Both the position numbers and the translations under genes were made by a program. Below the pieces are notes generated by a model. The model was not told the DNA's origin. It saw nothing but the letters and a program-made list of their open reading frames with translations, and ran no database searches. From positions 1 to 57,205 of the IMG/VR virus record IMGVR_UViG_3300032309_001424: DNA of 57,205 nucleotides; one strand, written 5' to 3'. Shown here piece after piece: positions 40,435 to 56,518 of the stretch (its first letter is position 1; every line of letters starts with the position of its first letter). The stretch is from a virus. Taxonomy: Duplodnaviria > Caudoviricetes.

Positions 40435-41352
40435 CTATACCGAATACGCTAGTTTTCCAGCAGCACCCACGGCTAGGGCTGTGTCGTTGTCTATAAAAAC
40501 TCCATTTATATTGCTTGTTCCAAAACTACTGGTTCTTTGAATCCAAGCAATTCCATCAAAAGAAGTAGCAAGTTTTCCAGTAGCTCCACCAGCTAAATAT
40601 GTGCCATCTTGAGAAACAGATACCGATCTGATACTAGATGCTCCAAAGCTACTAGTTGGGAAGATCTGAGTCCATGTAGTTCCGTTACTAGATGTTGCAA
40701 CTTTTCCAGCTTCTCCTACTGCAACAAATCTAGTTCCAGCTTCTGTAGCAGTCACTGCATTAATAATACTTACTCCAAATGAAGATGTTCTTTGAGTCCA
40801 AACAACTCCATTAGTAGAAGTAGCAAGTTTTCCATCATATCCTACTGCCACAATTAAACTGTTTGTTGCCCGCAGTCCGTTGATAAAAGTTGTACTAAAA
40901 GACGATGTTCTTTGAGTCCACGATGTTCCGTCAATAGAAGTAGCTAGTTTTCCTGAGGCACCTGCAGCAATCCATAAAGAAGCACTAGTAGAGTATACAA
41001 CTGACAGAATAGCACTTGCTCCAAAAGACGAAGCTTGCTGAGTCCAAGTAACTCCATCAGTAGAAGTAGCTAGTTTTCCTGAGGCACCTGCAGCAATATA
41101 CTTATTATTTCCATATGAAATACAAAAAATACTGCTATCACCAAAACCGCCGTCACGTTGAGTCCATGTTTGAGTATCTGACGATGTTGCAATTTTTCCT
41201 AAGTTTCCTACAGCTACATATCCTTTTGTTGGCGTGTAGTTTATTGCATTGATATTTGTAAGACTAAAAGAGCTATTTGCTACTTGTTGCCACTGAGAAG
41301 GTGTAAAGGGAAAAACAAGAGTTGCATGCATTGGATGAACGGCTATAAGCAT
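40435..41352 (-). CDS. BNR/Asp-box-like repeat beta-propeller protein
   Basis: About seven ~40-aa repeats, A(V/A)G-x-x-GK(L/I)ATS-x-DG-x-x-WTQR-x-SSFG. Confidence 0.8.
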   Translation of the reverse strand: MLIAVHPMHATLVFPFTPSQWQQVANSSFSLTNINAINYTPTKGYVAVGNLGKIATSSDTQTWTQRDGGFGDSSIFCISYGNNKYIAAGASGKLATSTDGVTWTQQASSFGASAILSVVYSTSASLWIAAGASGKLATSIDGTSWTQRTSSFSTTFINGLRATNSLIVAVGYDGKLATSTNGVVWTQRTSSFGVSIINAVTATEAGTRFVAVGEAGKVATSSNGTTWTQIFPTSSFGASSIRSVSVSQDGTYLAGGATGKLATSFDGIAWIQRTSSFGTSNINGVFIDNDTALAVGAAGKLAYSV

Positions 41353-41353
41353 T

Positions 41354-43240
<1,887 letters not shown>

Positions 43241-43252
43241 TTGTTATATCTC

Positions 43253-43954
43253 CTAACTCAACAAAGATTCGTAGGTAAATTGAATAAGAATTTTGTCGTT
43301 TCCAGAAAACAAAAACGGTGTGCTTTCTGTAACTGCAACACCTTCATCAAAAGTTGCAACTTGTGAATGCATATAGAGCTCAATTACGTTGTTTACATTG
43401 TTATTAAAAATTGCTGTTCCAAAGTATGTAACACCAGGTCCTTCATCTCGCATAACAACTTGTCCTACTGGTTGATAGTTTTCAATAACTCCTGGAGTGG
43501 GAAGGCTTACTTTATATACGCCTAATCCACGACTAAATCCAACAGTTCCAGCAATAATACGAATTTCACCAAAAATGGTTGCTCCTGTATTCATATATCT
43601 ACCAGTAATGCTTCCATTTCCAATTACTGGATTTGTAGTACTTGCAGTTAAAACAGGGTTATATGTAGCCCAAGGCTGGATTGCAAAACTACCTGTGGGA
43701 CCAGTAGGGCCAGTAGGTCCTACTACAGTCGATGCTGCGCCCGTTGGACCTGTTGCTCCTGTTGCTCCTGTAGCTCCTGTTGGTCCAGTTGCTCCAATAG
43801 CAGTTGAGTCAAGACCAGCAGCTCCCGTTGGACCTGTTGGTCCTACGGCGCTAGTACGAACTAGTCGCCAAGAAGATCCGTTCCAACGATATGTTTGAGT
43901 TCCATATACATATGTCTGGTTAAGGGTGGGACCACTAGGGAAATCAATTGGCAC
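43253..43954 (-). CDS. Collagen-like fibre protein with a C-terminal head domain
   Basis: IDFP cap, short collagen run, and a WATYNPVL...GNGSITGRY beta domain. Confidence 0.85.
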   Translation of the reverse strand: MPIDFPSGPTLNQTYVYGTQTYRWNGSSWRLVRTSAVGPTGPTGAAGLDSTAIGATGPTGATGATGATGPTGAASTVVGPTGPTGPTGSFAIQPWATYNPVLTASTTNPVIGNGSITGRYMNTGATIFGEIRIIAGTVGFSRGLGVYKVSLPTPGVIENYQPVGQVVMRDEGPGVTYFGTAIFNNNVNNVIELYMHSQVATFDEGVAVTESTPFLFSGNDKILIQFTYESLLS

Positions 43955-43984
43955 GTTATCTACCTCCTTTTTTTCTAGTTCTCA

Positions 43985-48901
<4,917 letters not shown>

Positions 48902-48921
48902 ATCTGGCGCTCCATGTCATC

Positions 48922-48971
48922 AAAACTTGAATAAAAAGGTGCACTGGTAACACCTATTTGGACCAAGTCTT
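48922..48971 (-). terminator. Long imperfect hairpin with a T tract between the phosphoesterase gene and the fibre block
   Basis: Minus strand reads AAGACTTGG..AAATAGGTG-ttaccagtg-CACCTTTTT..TCAAGTTTT. Confidence 0.5.
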
Positions 48972-49014
48972 ATTTTACGGTAGTTTCAAAACATTGACCT
49001 TTAGAATACCGTGT

Positions 49015-50268
49015 TTAGACTCGGTAGGTACGGATAATACTAAGGTCTTTTCTTGGGTCGTGATTTTCCCCAATAACCATTGTAAGTAGTCCCGGATGCG
49101 AATCTAAACCTTTTTTATCTCTAAACCAATTAGATCCTCCGTCTAAAGTTGGAGCTTGGACCCAAAAGCGTTGTCCAATATCCATAGCACGATAGTGGTG
49201 GAAGTGACCAGAAACCCATACATCGCATTGGCCTAAATCAGTCATACCTAAAGATTGACCTTCTAGATATTTAATTGGGTTGACCCCGCCCATCTGATGT
49301 CCGTGGAATAGCCCAAGCATTACACCATTGATGTTAATAGATAAGTTTTGATTTCCCTTAGCAGGGTATCTAAATTTGACGTGAGAAAGGCTTTCTACCT
49401 CAGCGCAGATGTCCTGAACTGCACTAGCAATCTCGGTATTCCATCCATCTGCTGGATCTGCTGCAACCTGACGAGTGGACTCATCGTGGTTTCCATTTAC
49501 AACTGGGACAATGAGTTCTTCGCATAGTGGGGCAAAAGCCTTAATCTGAGCTAAAAGGACTCTTCTTGCAACTCTTACCTGCTCGGTGATACCTAAGTCA
49601 GATGCTGCCTGACCCTGTAGTCGTCCATTCTGAGACACGTTTCCTTCAACGTGGTCTCCGGGCAGAGCAAGGACAATAGTTCCAATGGCTCTACCTATTT
49701 TGCGTAAATCTTTAAGTCTTTGAACTGCTTCTGATGTTGTATCTAAAATCCTTTGAACAATGTCCTCGGCGCCTGAGTCCCCTACCTTTTTACCAATCTG
49801 CTGATCGCTAACCACTACTAGATAAGCAAGAGGTCCAGTAATCGCCTCTGTAGGCTTTTGTGGCTTCCATTTAGATAGTTCTTTACATAAAGCTTCTACA
49901 TCTGCTTTATCTTCTGCAAGAGCAGCAAGTGGAACCAGCTTAAGTCGCTTTGACTCTAAAAGCTCTCCATCATATCTTTGCCACCGAGACATACCAAGAT
50001 TAGTCACATGCCACTCATCTGGGTTTAGACCAAACTCAATAAGAAGATCTCTAGCCTCTGGCATATTATTTACTGGCTTTGCATTAGAGGTTAGAACTCC
50101 ACCCTCGGGGGTAAGTTCTAGATTAGGTGTCCAATTTTCTGGAGTTTTTGTTATTTTTCTGTCCGAGCCCGTGGCGCCGGGACTGACAAGATCGACTAGC
50201 TTTTGTGTCAGAGAGTCTTTTGTTTTCTCTATTGGAGTGGCTTTGCCGCTAGCCTTTTTAGCACTCAT
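49015..50268 (-). CDS. Calcineurin-like metallophosphoesterase
   Basis: SDQQIG, GDHVEG, GNHDE, FHGH and GHFH motifs. Confidence 0.85.
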   Translation of the reverse strand: MSAKKASGKATPIEKTKDSLTQKLVDLVSPGATGSDRKITKTPENWTPNLELTPEGGVLTSNAKPVNNMPEARDLLIEFGLNPDEWHVTNLGMSRWQRYDGELLESKRLKLVPLAALAEDKADVEALCKELSKWKPQKPTEAITGPLAYLVVVSDQQIGKKVGDSGAEDIVQRILDTTSEAVQRLKDLRKIGRAIGTIVLALPGDHVEGNVSQNGRLQGQAASDLGITEQVRVARRVLLAQIKAFAPLCEELIVPVVNGNHDESTRQVAADPADGWNTEIASAVQDICAEVESLSHVKFRYPAKGNQNLSININGVMLGLFHGHQMGGVNPIKYLEGQSLGMTDLGQCDVWVSGHFHHYRAMDIGQRFWVQAPTLDGGSNWFRDKKGLDSHPGLLTMVIGENHDPRKDLSIIRTYRV

Positions 50269-50555
50269 TTTTTAGCCTTAACTTCACCTGACAGTCTAGC
50301 TTCTTGGCCTATATAACAACGGCATCTTTGGCCTCTATGAAGTCTTATAGATGCAAAAGCAATGTCATGTCCTTCTCCTAGAAGGAGCTCGTGAAGCTGG
50401 ACATTAGAAATAGTGCCACGCACTGATTTAGTAGAAAAAACAATCTCCAGAGCTTCTCTATCTTCTTTGCTTACAGTAGCCATGAGCTTTGCAATACCGC
50501 AAGGTAGCCCCGGAGATGATCTAGTTACTTCTTTTAATTTATCTGCCAGACTCAC
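50265..50555 (-). CDS. Small Cys/His protein (putative Zn/DNA-binding), coupled to the phosphoesterase
   Basis: PC...HRGQRCRC; ATGA overlap; AGGAG RBS. Confidence 0.65.
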   Translation of the reverse strand: MSLADKLKEVTRSSPGLPCGIAKLMATVSKEDREALEIVFSTKSVRGTISNVQLHELLLGEGHDIAFASIRLHRGQRCRCYIGQEARLSGEVKAKK

Positions 50556-50653
50556 AATATCTCTCCTATAAAGTAGGTTTGTAACAACCCTAAAGTGAAA
50601 GTTAACTTAACAGGTTATATAGCAGATAAGATTACCACTACTTTTAAGGTTTG

Positions 50654-50675
50654 ACTATAGAAAGTTTGGCGTGTC
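50654..50675 (-). promoter_or_regulatory. Candidate promoter with a GACAC box: GACACGCC-N8-TATAGT
   Basis: Seen on the minus strand upstream of the gene starting at 50555; GACAC is the known WhiA recognition motif. Confidence 0.35.
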
Positions 50676-50713
50676 GCACTAGGAAAGAAAAGTGCTTTAA
50701 AAATCTATTATTT

Positions 50714-51049
50714 TTATTCTACAATATTTAAATTTGCTTTACGAGACCTTTTTGGCTTAGGCTCAACCATTGCTAAAAGTAATCCCTCAATAACACCCAT
50801 TTTGGCATTCATCTCTGTCTGGCACTTCTGTACGTCATTTACCTGATCTTTTAGCGAGCTTCCGCCATTTTCCCAAAGCTGATGCTCTACTCTAGACATA
50901 CGCTCGGAAAGAGTTTTTCCTTGTGCATCAACGCCAATTGCTTGATCCACCCTTTTGGCAATCTTATAAATACTAAACATAAAAGCGCCTACTGCCGTAA
51001 CGGTTCCGATAACTAACATTATGGTAGTAAGCACAGACATATCAGACAC
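50714..51049 (-). CDS. Single-TM coiled-coil membrane protein (lysis-accessory or holin-like)
   Basis: Start re-called to GTG 51049 (GGAG RBS); one TM helix followed by NGGSSLKD. Confidence 0.6.
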   Translation of the reverse strand: MSDMSVLTTIMLVIGTVTAVGAFMFSIYKIAKRVDQAIGVDAQGKTLSERMSRVEHQLWENGGSSLKDQVNDVQKCQTEMNAKMGVIEGLLLAMVEPKPKRSRKANLNIVE

Positions 51050-51186
51050 GGAAAGTCTCCAGATCAAAGTAGGCTATATAGACGGATATAGTAGATATAG
51101 TATAACTGCTTTTGGCTATATATAGATCTAAGGACGGCTATGTTGTATAGTTGTCCTACGCCAAAAAAATCCTAGACCTTGGGTGT

Positions 51187-51214
51187 TTGCCTAATTCGGT
51201 TCTATTGATAAGGT
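51187..51214 (+). promoter_or_regulatory. SigA-like promoter for the primase gene
   Basis: TTGCCT-N16-TAAGGT with extended -10 TG. Confidence 0.4.
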
Positions 51215-51245
51215 GACGCCATAGACCAAGGGAGAGGACCCATTA

Positions 51246-53900
51246 GTGACAACAAACGCCGAAAGATTTAAGAAGGCAACTGCATGGTATGCAGCCAATA
51301 GTTGGGAAATCCTTCCTTGTCACGGCATTGTTGATGGTCGTTGTACATGCGGTCAGTCTCACATGGAATCCAAAGACATTGGAAAACATCCAGCAATTAA
51401 TGCTTGGAACATTGAGTCCAGCTCTGACATTGCAAAAGTAAATACTTGGTGGCAAACAAATCCTGAATACAATATTGGCGTAAATTGCAAAGCTTCTGGG
51501 TTTTTTGTAATTGATATTGACCCACGGTCTGGTGGAGATACTTCTTACGATAAGTTTGAAGCGTATGTAGAGGGAGCTCTACCTCCAACAGTTGAGGCTA
51601 CAACTGGACAATATGAAATTAATGGAAAAGTTATTCGTGGTCGTCACTTATTCTATAAGTGCGAAGATAACGAAGATTTGATTGGTAACTTATCTAAACT
51701 TGGATTTAAAGGTATCGATGTAAAGCACAACGGATACGTTCTTATTGCACCATCTCGTCACTTCTCTGGAATTACATATGAGTGGGTAGAAGGTAAAGAG
51801 CCTTGGAATATTCCAATGGCAGAAGCACCAGAAGAGTTATTAGGTGCAATTAGAAAAAATAAAAGAATTGCTGGGCGCAACACATATCAGACTGCCGATT
51901 GGGATTCACTTCTTGAAGACTCTGTTAGCCAAGGCGTTGATGTAGATGGCATTCTTAATGAAGGAATTGAAGAGGGTGAAAGAGCTGTAAAGCTTTTCCA
52001 ACTTGCTTGCTCTCTTGCTAATAAGTTCCCAGTTCATACACCTGTAGGTCGTGAAGCTCTTATATCATTTATGATTCGTTTTAACGGTGAAAAGGTTCGC
52101 CCTCCTATGCCGTTAGAAGGACCTAACTCTGTAATTATGCATACAGAAAGAGCAATTGATTTTGTACAAAAGAATCCAATTATTGAAAAGATTTGGCCAG
52201 GTGCTACAGAGCATGCTCGTCGTATGGTTGAAGATACTGAAAAAACAAAAAATGGTGAAGGAAGCAAAGAACTTAAAGCATTAACTGGTGTTGTTTATCC
52301 GGGAGCTTCCCAAGGGAATGTGTACTCGTCAGCAGATGATAACTACAATCTTCCCGGCACCATTGGTGGAAATATTTCTGAAGCTATTAAAGAAGGTATG
52401 TCTTTAGAAGAAGCTTCATCTAACAAAATGATGGGTGCAGTGTCTGATCAAGATGCTATTGCAGAAGAAGATAGAGGATCTGACTGGAAAGGTCGTTCTC
52501 TTTCAGATACTGGTAATGGTCGTCGTTTGATTGATTCTTTTGGTCAAGCACTTCGTTACACACCTAGCCTTGGTTGGTTTGTATGGAGTAATGGTTATTG
52601 GAAGCCAGATGCTGAAGATCTACATATGCAAGAGACTTCTAAAAAACTTGGTGCTCTGATTGCTACAGAAGTAGCACGACACGATGACCCTGCCGATCAA
52701 CAAAAAGTTGTAGCGTGGGCTGCACAAGCTAAGTCAGAAGCAAGACTTAAATCTGCTATCAATAATGCAAACTCAGATCCTCGCATTCGTGTTGATGTCA
52801 ATGAGTGGGATCAAGATTCAAATTTAATTGGAACTCTTAATGGTGTTGTTGATTTAAGAACTGGAGAGCTGTTACGAGGTCGTCCAGATCTTTACATTAC
52901 AAAGCGTGCTCCTGTTGCATACACACGGGGACTAACCAATACTCGGTGGCAACAATTTCTTGACTTTGCAACTGATGGAGATAAAGAGTTTCAAGAGTGG
53001 ATTCAGCGTGCCGCTGGGTATTCAATTAGTGGTCACAACATGTATGACATCATGTTCTTGGTGTACGGACCTGCGGGTTCTGGTAAGAACACACTTGTAG
53101 AATCTATTGTTAAATGCATGGGTAGCGATCAGTATGCATTCCCTATGGACTCAAGCATTCTTGCCGATAGCGGTGGATCATCTCGTAATACCGATCTTTA
53201 TCACTGGGCTGAGCTCCGTGGTCGTCGCATGGTATGGGTTGATGAGCTTCCAGATAATGAGCGTCTAAAAGAAAACTCAGTTAAAAAGTTAACTGGTTCA
53301 TCTGAAATCTCTGCTCGTTCACCGGGAGAAAAGCCGTTTACATTCCAATCACAAGCAAAACTTTGGATTACAACTAACCACAGACCAATCATTACTGATG
53401 ATGCAATGTGGCGTCGTATTCGTCCAGTTCCAATGCTTAAGACTCCAGAACACTCTGACCCAACATTGAAGGAATATCTATTTGATCCAGAAGGTGCACT
53501 TCCAGCAATTCTTTCTTGGGCTGTTGAAGGTGCTATTAAAGTTCTTGGTTCAAGTCAAAGAGATGGTTTGGGCTGGTGTAAGGCAGTATCAGAAGCTGCA
53601 GAGATGTATCGTAAGAATGAAGACCGTATTGCTTTGTTCTTAGATGAAGAAACGATTAAAGCAGAGGGAACAAGCATCACTGTTAAAGCATTATTTATGG
53701 ACTACCGTAGGTGGAGTGAAGACCGTGGTGAGCGTCCTATGACTCAAATTGGGTTTGACCGTAAACTTCGTGAGCGCAATCTTCGTGTAGAGGGTAGCGG
53801 TGCTAGAGCAGTTATTCACGGTATGTACAAGACCCCAGCTCCAGTACCAACATATATTGGAGAAGTTGATTGGATGAATGCCGCTCGCTACAGTAGATAA
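51246..53900 (+). CDS. Bifunctional prim-pol primase fused to a D5/P4-type SF3 helicase
   Basis: GKHP, NIGV, VIDIDPR, YVLIAPS; D5_N LSDTGNGRR; Walker A GPAGSGKNT. Confidence 0.92.
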   Translation: MTTNAERFKKATAWYAANSWEILPCHGIVDGRCTCGQSHMESKDIGKHPAINAWNIESSSDIAKVNTWWQTNPEYNIGVNCKASGFFVIDIDPRSGGDTSYDKFEAYVEGALPPTVEATTGQYEINGKVIRGRHLFYKCEDNEDLIGNLSKLGFKGIDVKHNGYVLIAPSRHFSGITYEWVEGKEPWNIPMAEAPEELLGAIRKNKRIAGRNTYQTADWDSLLEDSVSQGVDVDGILNEGIEEGERAVKLFQLACSLANKFPVHTPVGREALISFMIRFNGEKVRPPMPLEGPNSVIMHTERAIDFVQKNPIIEKIWPGATEHARRMVEDTEKTKNGEGSKELKALTGVVYPGASQGNVYSSADDNYNLPGTIGGNISEAIKEGMSLEEASSNKMMGAVSDQDAIAEEDRGSDWKGRSLSDTGNGRRLIDSFGQALRYTPSLGWFVWSNGYWKPDAEDLHMQETSKKLGALIATEVARHDDPADQQKVVAWAAQAKSEARLKSAINNANSDPRIRVDVNEWDQDSNLIGTLNGVVDLRTGELLRGRPDLYITKRAPVAYTRGLTNTRWQQFLDFATDGDKEFQEWIQRAAGYSISGHNMYDIMFLVYGPAGSGKNTLVESIVKCMGSDQYAFPMDSSILADSGGSSRNTDLYHWAELRGRRMVWVDELPDNERLKENSVKKLTGSSEISARSPGEKPFTFQSQAKLWITTNHRPIITDDAMWRRIRPVPMLKTPEHSDPTLKEYLFDPEGALPAILSWAVEGAIKVLGSSQRDGLGWCKAVSEAAEMYRKNEDRIALFLDEETIKAEGTSITVKALFMDYRRWSEDRGERPMTQIGFDRKLRERNLRVEGSGARAVIHGMYKTPAPVPTYIGEVDWMNAARYSR

Positions 53901-53933
53901 TCACCATTTCTAGACTCCTGTATCTTTATTGGT

Positions 53934-54380
53934 ATGTATGAATACCGTGTAAAGAAAGTGACAGGGGTCGTTGATGGCGACACTATTGATGTCGAACTAG
54001 ATCTCGGCTTTAATATCTCTTATTCTCAGAGAGTGCGTCTTGCAGGTATTGATACTCCAGAATCACGAACTAAAGATAAAGTTGAGAAAGCTCTTGGTCT
54101 TGAGGTAAAGCAAAGACTGAAAGATACTCTTGCTAAAGCTCAAGTGATTGTTATTAGGACAGAGCTTCCTGATTCTTCAGAAAAGTATGGTCGTATTCTT
54201 GGATGGCTTTTTTTAGACGGATCTGAGATGTCAGTTAATGAAGCTCTTGTTGCTGATGGATATGCTTGGGGATATCTAGGAGACACTAAGATAAAAGATT
54301 TTGATGCTCTTTTAAACATAAGAAAAACTAAAGAGATGAAAGATTCTTTAGCCTTAAAATATCCTCCAATTAATTCTTAG
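53934..54380 (+). CDS. Thermonuclease (SNase-like), probably leaderless
   Basis: VVDGDT, RLAGIDTPE and KYGRIL; TATCTT 7 nt upstream of the ATG and no SD. Confidence 0.9.
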   Translation: MYEYRVKKVTGVVDGDTIDVELDLGFNISYSQRVRLAGIDTPESRTKDKVEKALGLEVKQRLKDTLAKAQVIVIRTELPDSSEKYGRILGWLFLDGSEMSVNEALVADGYAWGYLGDTKIKDFDALLNIRKTKEMKDSLALKYPPINS

Positions 54381-55782
54381 GACTAAACACTCTAGCTCCA
54401 CCGCCTCCGCCACCTCTAAATGGTGGTAGTCGTCTTGCGGATGGAGATTTTGCAGTAATGCGGCCACCAGTAAAACCTTCAGGTGGTTTAATCATCAATG
54501 CGGTAAGCGCATGCACTAATGCATCCACACGGTCTGGAGATTTTGAATCTCCTGGAATCCATGCAGTCATTTGCGATTCAAGATCTGCTAAATATCCAAT
54601 ATGATGAACACGACCTTGCTCGTATGCAAGAACAGTTGGCTCAGCACGCAATGCCTTGCCGTACTTAGAGTGGACTTCTAAAACTTTAACATTTGGATCA
54701 ATAGCATTAATTGCTTGACGAACCAAAGCTCCACCTTGGTTTACTTCAGCTACAACAGGACAGCCCCATCGTCTAGCCATCTCTACAACTTTATTTGCCC
54801 ACACTTCAGGTGATCCATGAACTGTTGCATCTTCAAGTACCCAAGCGTGGCGCTTATATAAATCTCTATCAGCTGTTGCAGCGCATACAACAATTCCGCA
54901 TTCGTCTCGTGGGTTTTCTGCAACTGACGGGTCGACACCAATAACACGCAACGGTGCTTGCGGTGGAAGAACTCCATGCCGTGAAGCTTCAATCATCTCA
55001 ATAGTCCACAATGCACCTTCAACATCTGAAAGCATCTCTCCATAAAGTTCTTGAGCAGCAAGACGAGTTCCAGCATAAACACCAGTGATTGTGTCAAGAT
55101 ATGTTGAGCTAAGGTTTCCAGCGTTGTCCATTGTGCTACCACGGCTAATTACTACCTTGCCAGTTTTTTCTGCTTCAGACATAAGTGAGTAGAGAAGTGG
55201 AACACGCTTTGGTGTTGTAGTAACCATAATCTGTGGTGATGCACCAAGACGAGTACCAACACGCAAGTTATCAAAAGCTGTCATACCAGCAGCATCTGGA
55301 GTTTGTCTCCACGCTGCAATCTCATCTCCCCAAGCGTGTGTGAATTGAGGACCACGAAGAGAGTCTGGTTCATCAGCAGTAAAACAAGTTGCGGTATTTC
55401 CATTAGGCCAAGTCAATCGGCGCTTCGATGGTTCGTAGAGTGGGCGCTCGCTTGGTGGAGTCACATTCATAATTCCTGACTCACCTTCAACAATAACGTC
55501 ACGCACATCTGCTGCAGTACGAGCAACGAGTGCAAAGCGACGCTGACCTGTTGTTGTGTATTTTGCTTGCTCTCTTACCCATTCGGACGCAGAGCGAGTC
55601 TTGCCCGCTCCACGTCCTGCAAGGTAAATCCAAATATTCCATTCGCCTTCAGGAGCAATCTGTTCTGGTCGACCCCACATTCGCCAATCCCATTTGACGG
55701 CTTCCATATCAAGATCAGCCAGAATCGCATTACGTTCTTCTTCTGGAAGAAGAGCAATGTGCTCCATCATGCTTTTAGCCAT
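54370..55782 (-). CDS. terL: Terminase large subunit
   Basis: AGRGAGKT, LRGPQF, WGDE, VTTTP, GVDP and SPDRVDA. Confidence 0.93.
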   Translation of the reverse strand: MAKSMMEHIALLPEEERNAILADLDMEAVKWDWRMWGRPEQIAPEGEWNIWIYLAGRGAGKTRSASEWVREQAKYTTTGQRRFALVARTAADVRDVIVEGESGIMNVTPPSERPLYEPSKRRLTWPNGNTATCFTADEPDSLRGPQFTHAWGDEIAAWRQTPDAAGMTAFDNLRVGTRLGASPQIMVTTTPKRVPLLYSLMSEAEKTGKVVISRGSTMDNAGNLSSTYLDTITGVYAGTRLAAQELYGEMLSDVEGALWTIEMIEASRHGVLPPQAPLRVIGVDPSVAENPRDECGIVVCAATADRDLYKRHAWVLEDATVHGSPEVWANKVVEMARRWGCPVVAEVNQGGALVRQAINAIDPNVKVLEVHSKYGKALRAEPTVLAYEQGRVHHIGYLADLESQMTAWIPGDSKSPDRVDALVHALTALMIKPPEGFTGGRITAKSPSARRLPPFRGGGGGGARVFSPKN

Positions 55783-55788
55783 TATTAC

Positions 55789-56247
55789 CTAACCTATGCG
55801 CTGAAGACTTCTTTGTACTCCATAGTATAGAGGTGCAGCTGAACTTAGACCCATCGCTTTTGCAAGGTTAGAAAGTGAAATTCCAGACTGATATTCTTTA
55901 GCAAGTTGGTCGTGATATGAATCCACGCTCTCATTCTTTGCCTGAATTACACGCTTTGCTGCTTCTTGAACCTGCTCTGGTGTTAGACGGATAGATGTCT
56001 TTTCTCTTGATACTGCAACATCATCCATAACTACACGACGACGCACACCTGCGTAAGCAACCTTAAGTTCTTTAGCTAATTTTGGAAGGCTTCCGCCACG
56101 CTTGTGAAACTCAATTAACAGTCTCGTATATTCACGACTTGCATCGTGAGCGGGTGTTTTTTGCTCTCTTGAGCCAAAAGCTTTCTTGGCCAAAGGTAGG
56201 ATTGGTTCAATTTTTGCTTTGTATTCTTGTACAAGCTCTGCGTTCAT
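55789..56247 (-). CDS. Tandem helix-turn-helix protein (regulator or terminase small subunit candidate)
   Basis: Two HTH-like repeats, GGSLPKLAKELKV and GISLSNLAKAMGL; directly upstream of terL. Confidence 0.6.
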   Translation of the reverse strand: MNAELVQEYKAKIEPILPLAKKAFGSREQKTPAHDASREYTRLLIEFHKRGGSLPKLAKELKVAYAGVRRRVVMDDVAVSREKTSIRLTPEQVQEAAKRVIQAKNESVDSYHDQLAKEYQSGISLSNLAKAMGLSSAAPLYYGVQRSLQRIG

Positions 56248-56285
56248 TATGTCTCCAATTATGTCTCTGGCGTGTGTCAGACTCT

Positions 56286-56315
56286 ATTCTAGACATAAGT
56301 AGTAGGATAAGTCAA
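56286..56315 (-). promoter_or_regulatory. SigA-like promoter for the HTH-terL unit
   Basis: TTGACT-N18-TAGAAT on the minus strand. Confidence 0.6.
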
Positions 56316-56321
56316 ATAGGC

Positions 56322-56498
56322 TTATTCGTCATCATCACGAGCGTTGCGGAGCGGGTATGTGGCCCACCAAACAACCATCGCAAAAATGATGGCATAGCCC
56401 ACGATTGTCTTTGCAGATCCATCAAGGACGAGCCAAGCAATAAACATGCCTAGCAAGGTCCAGACCTGATCAATGACATCTCTTAGGAAGTCCTTCAT
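56322..56498 (-). CDS. Small two-TM membrane protein (58 aa) absent from the ORF track
   Basis: MKDFLRDVIDQVWTLLGMFIAWLVLDGSAKTIVGYAIIFAMVVWWATYPLRNARDDDE*; AAGGAG RBS. Confidence 0.75.
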   Translation of the reverse strand: MKDFLRDVIDQVWTLLGMFIAWLVLDGSAKTIVGYAIIFAMVVWWATYPLRNARDDDE

Positions 56499-56518
56499 GG
56501 CTTTCTCCTTTATGGTTT

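Noticed and set aside
50556-50713. tRNA or ncRNA in the larger intergenic gaps
   Set aside because: No cloverleaf, T-loop motif or convincing multi-stem structure was seen by eye; a covariance search would be needed to exclude one.
56082-56453. 123-aa plus-strand ORF
   Set aside because: It is antisense to two better-supported minus-strand genes and their promoter.
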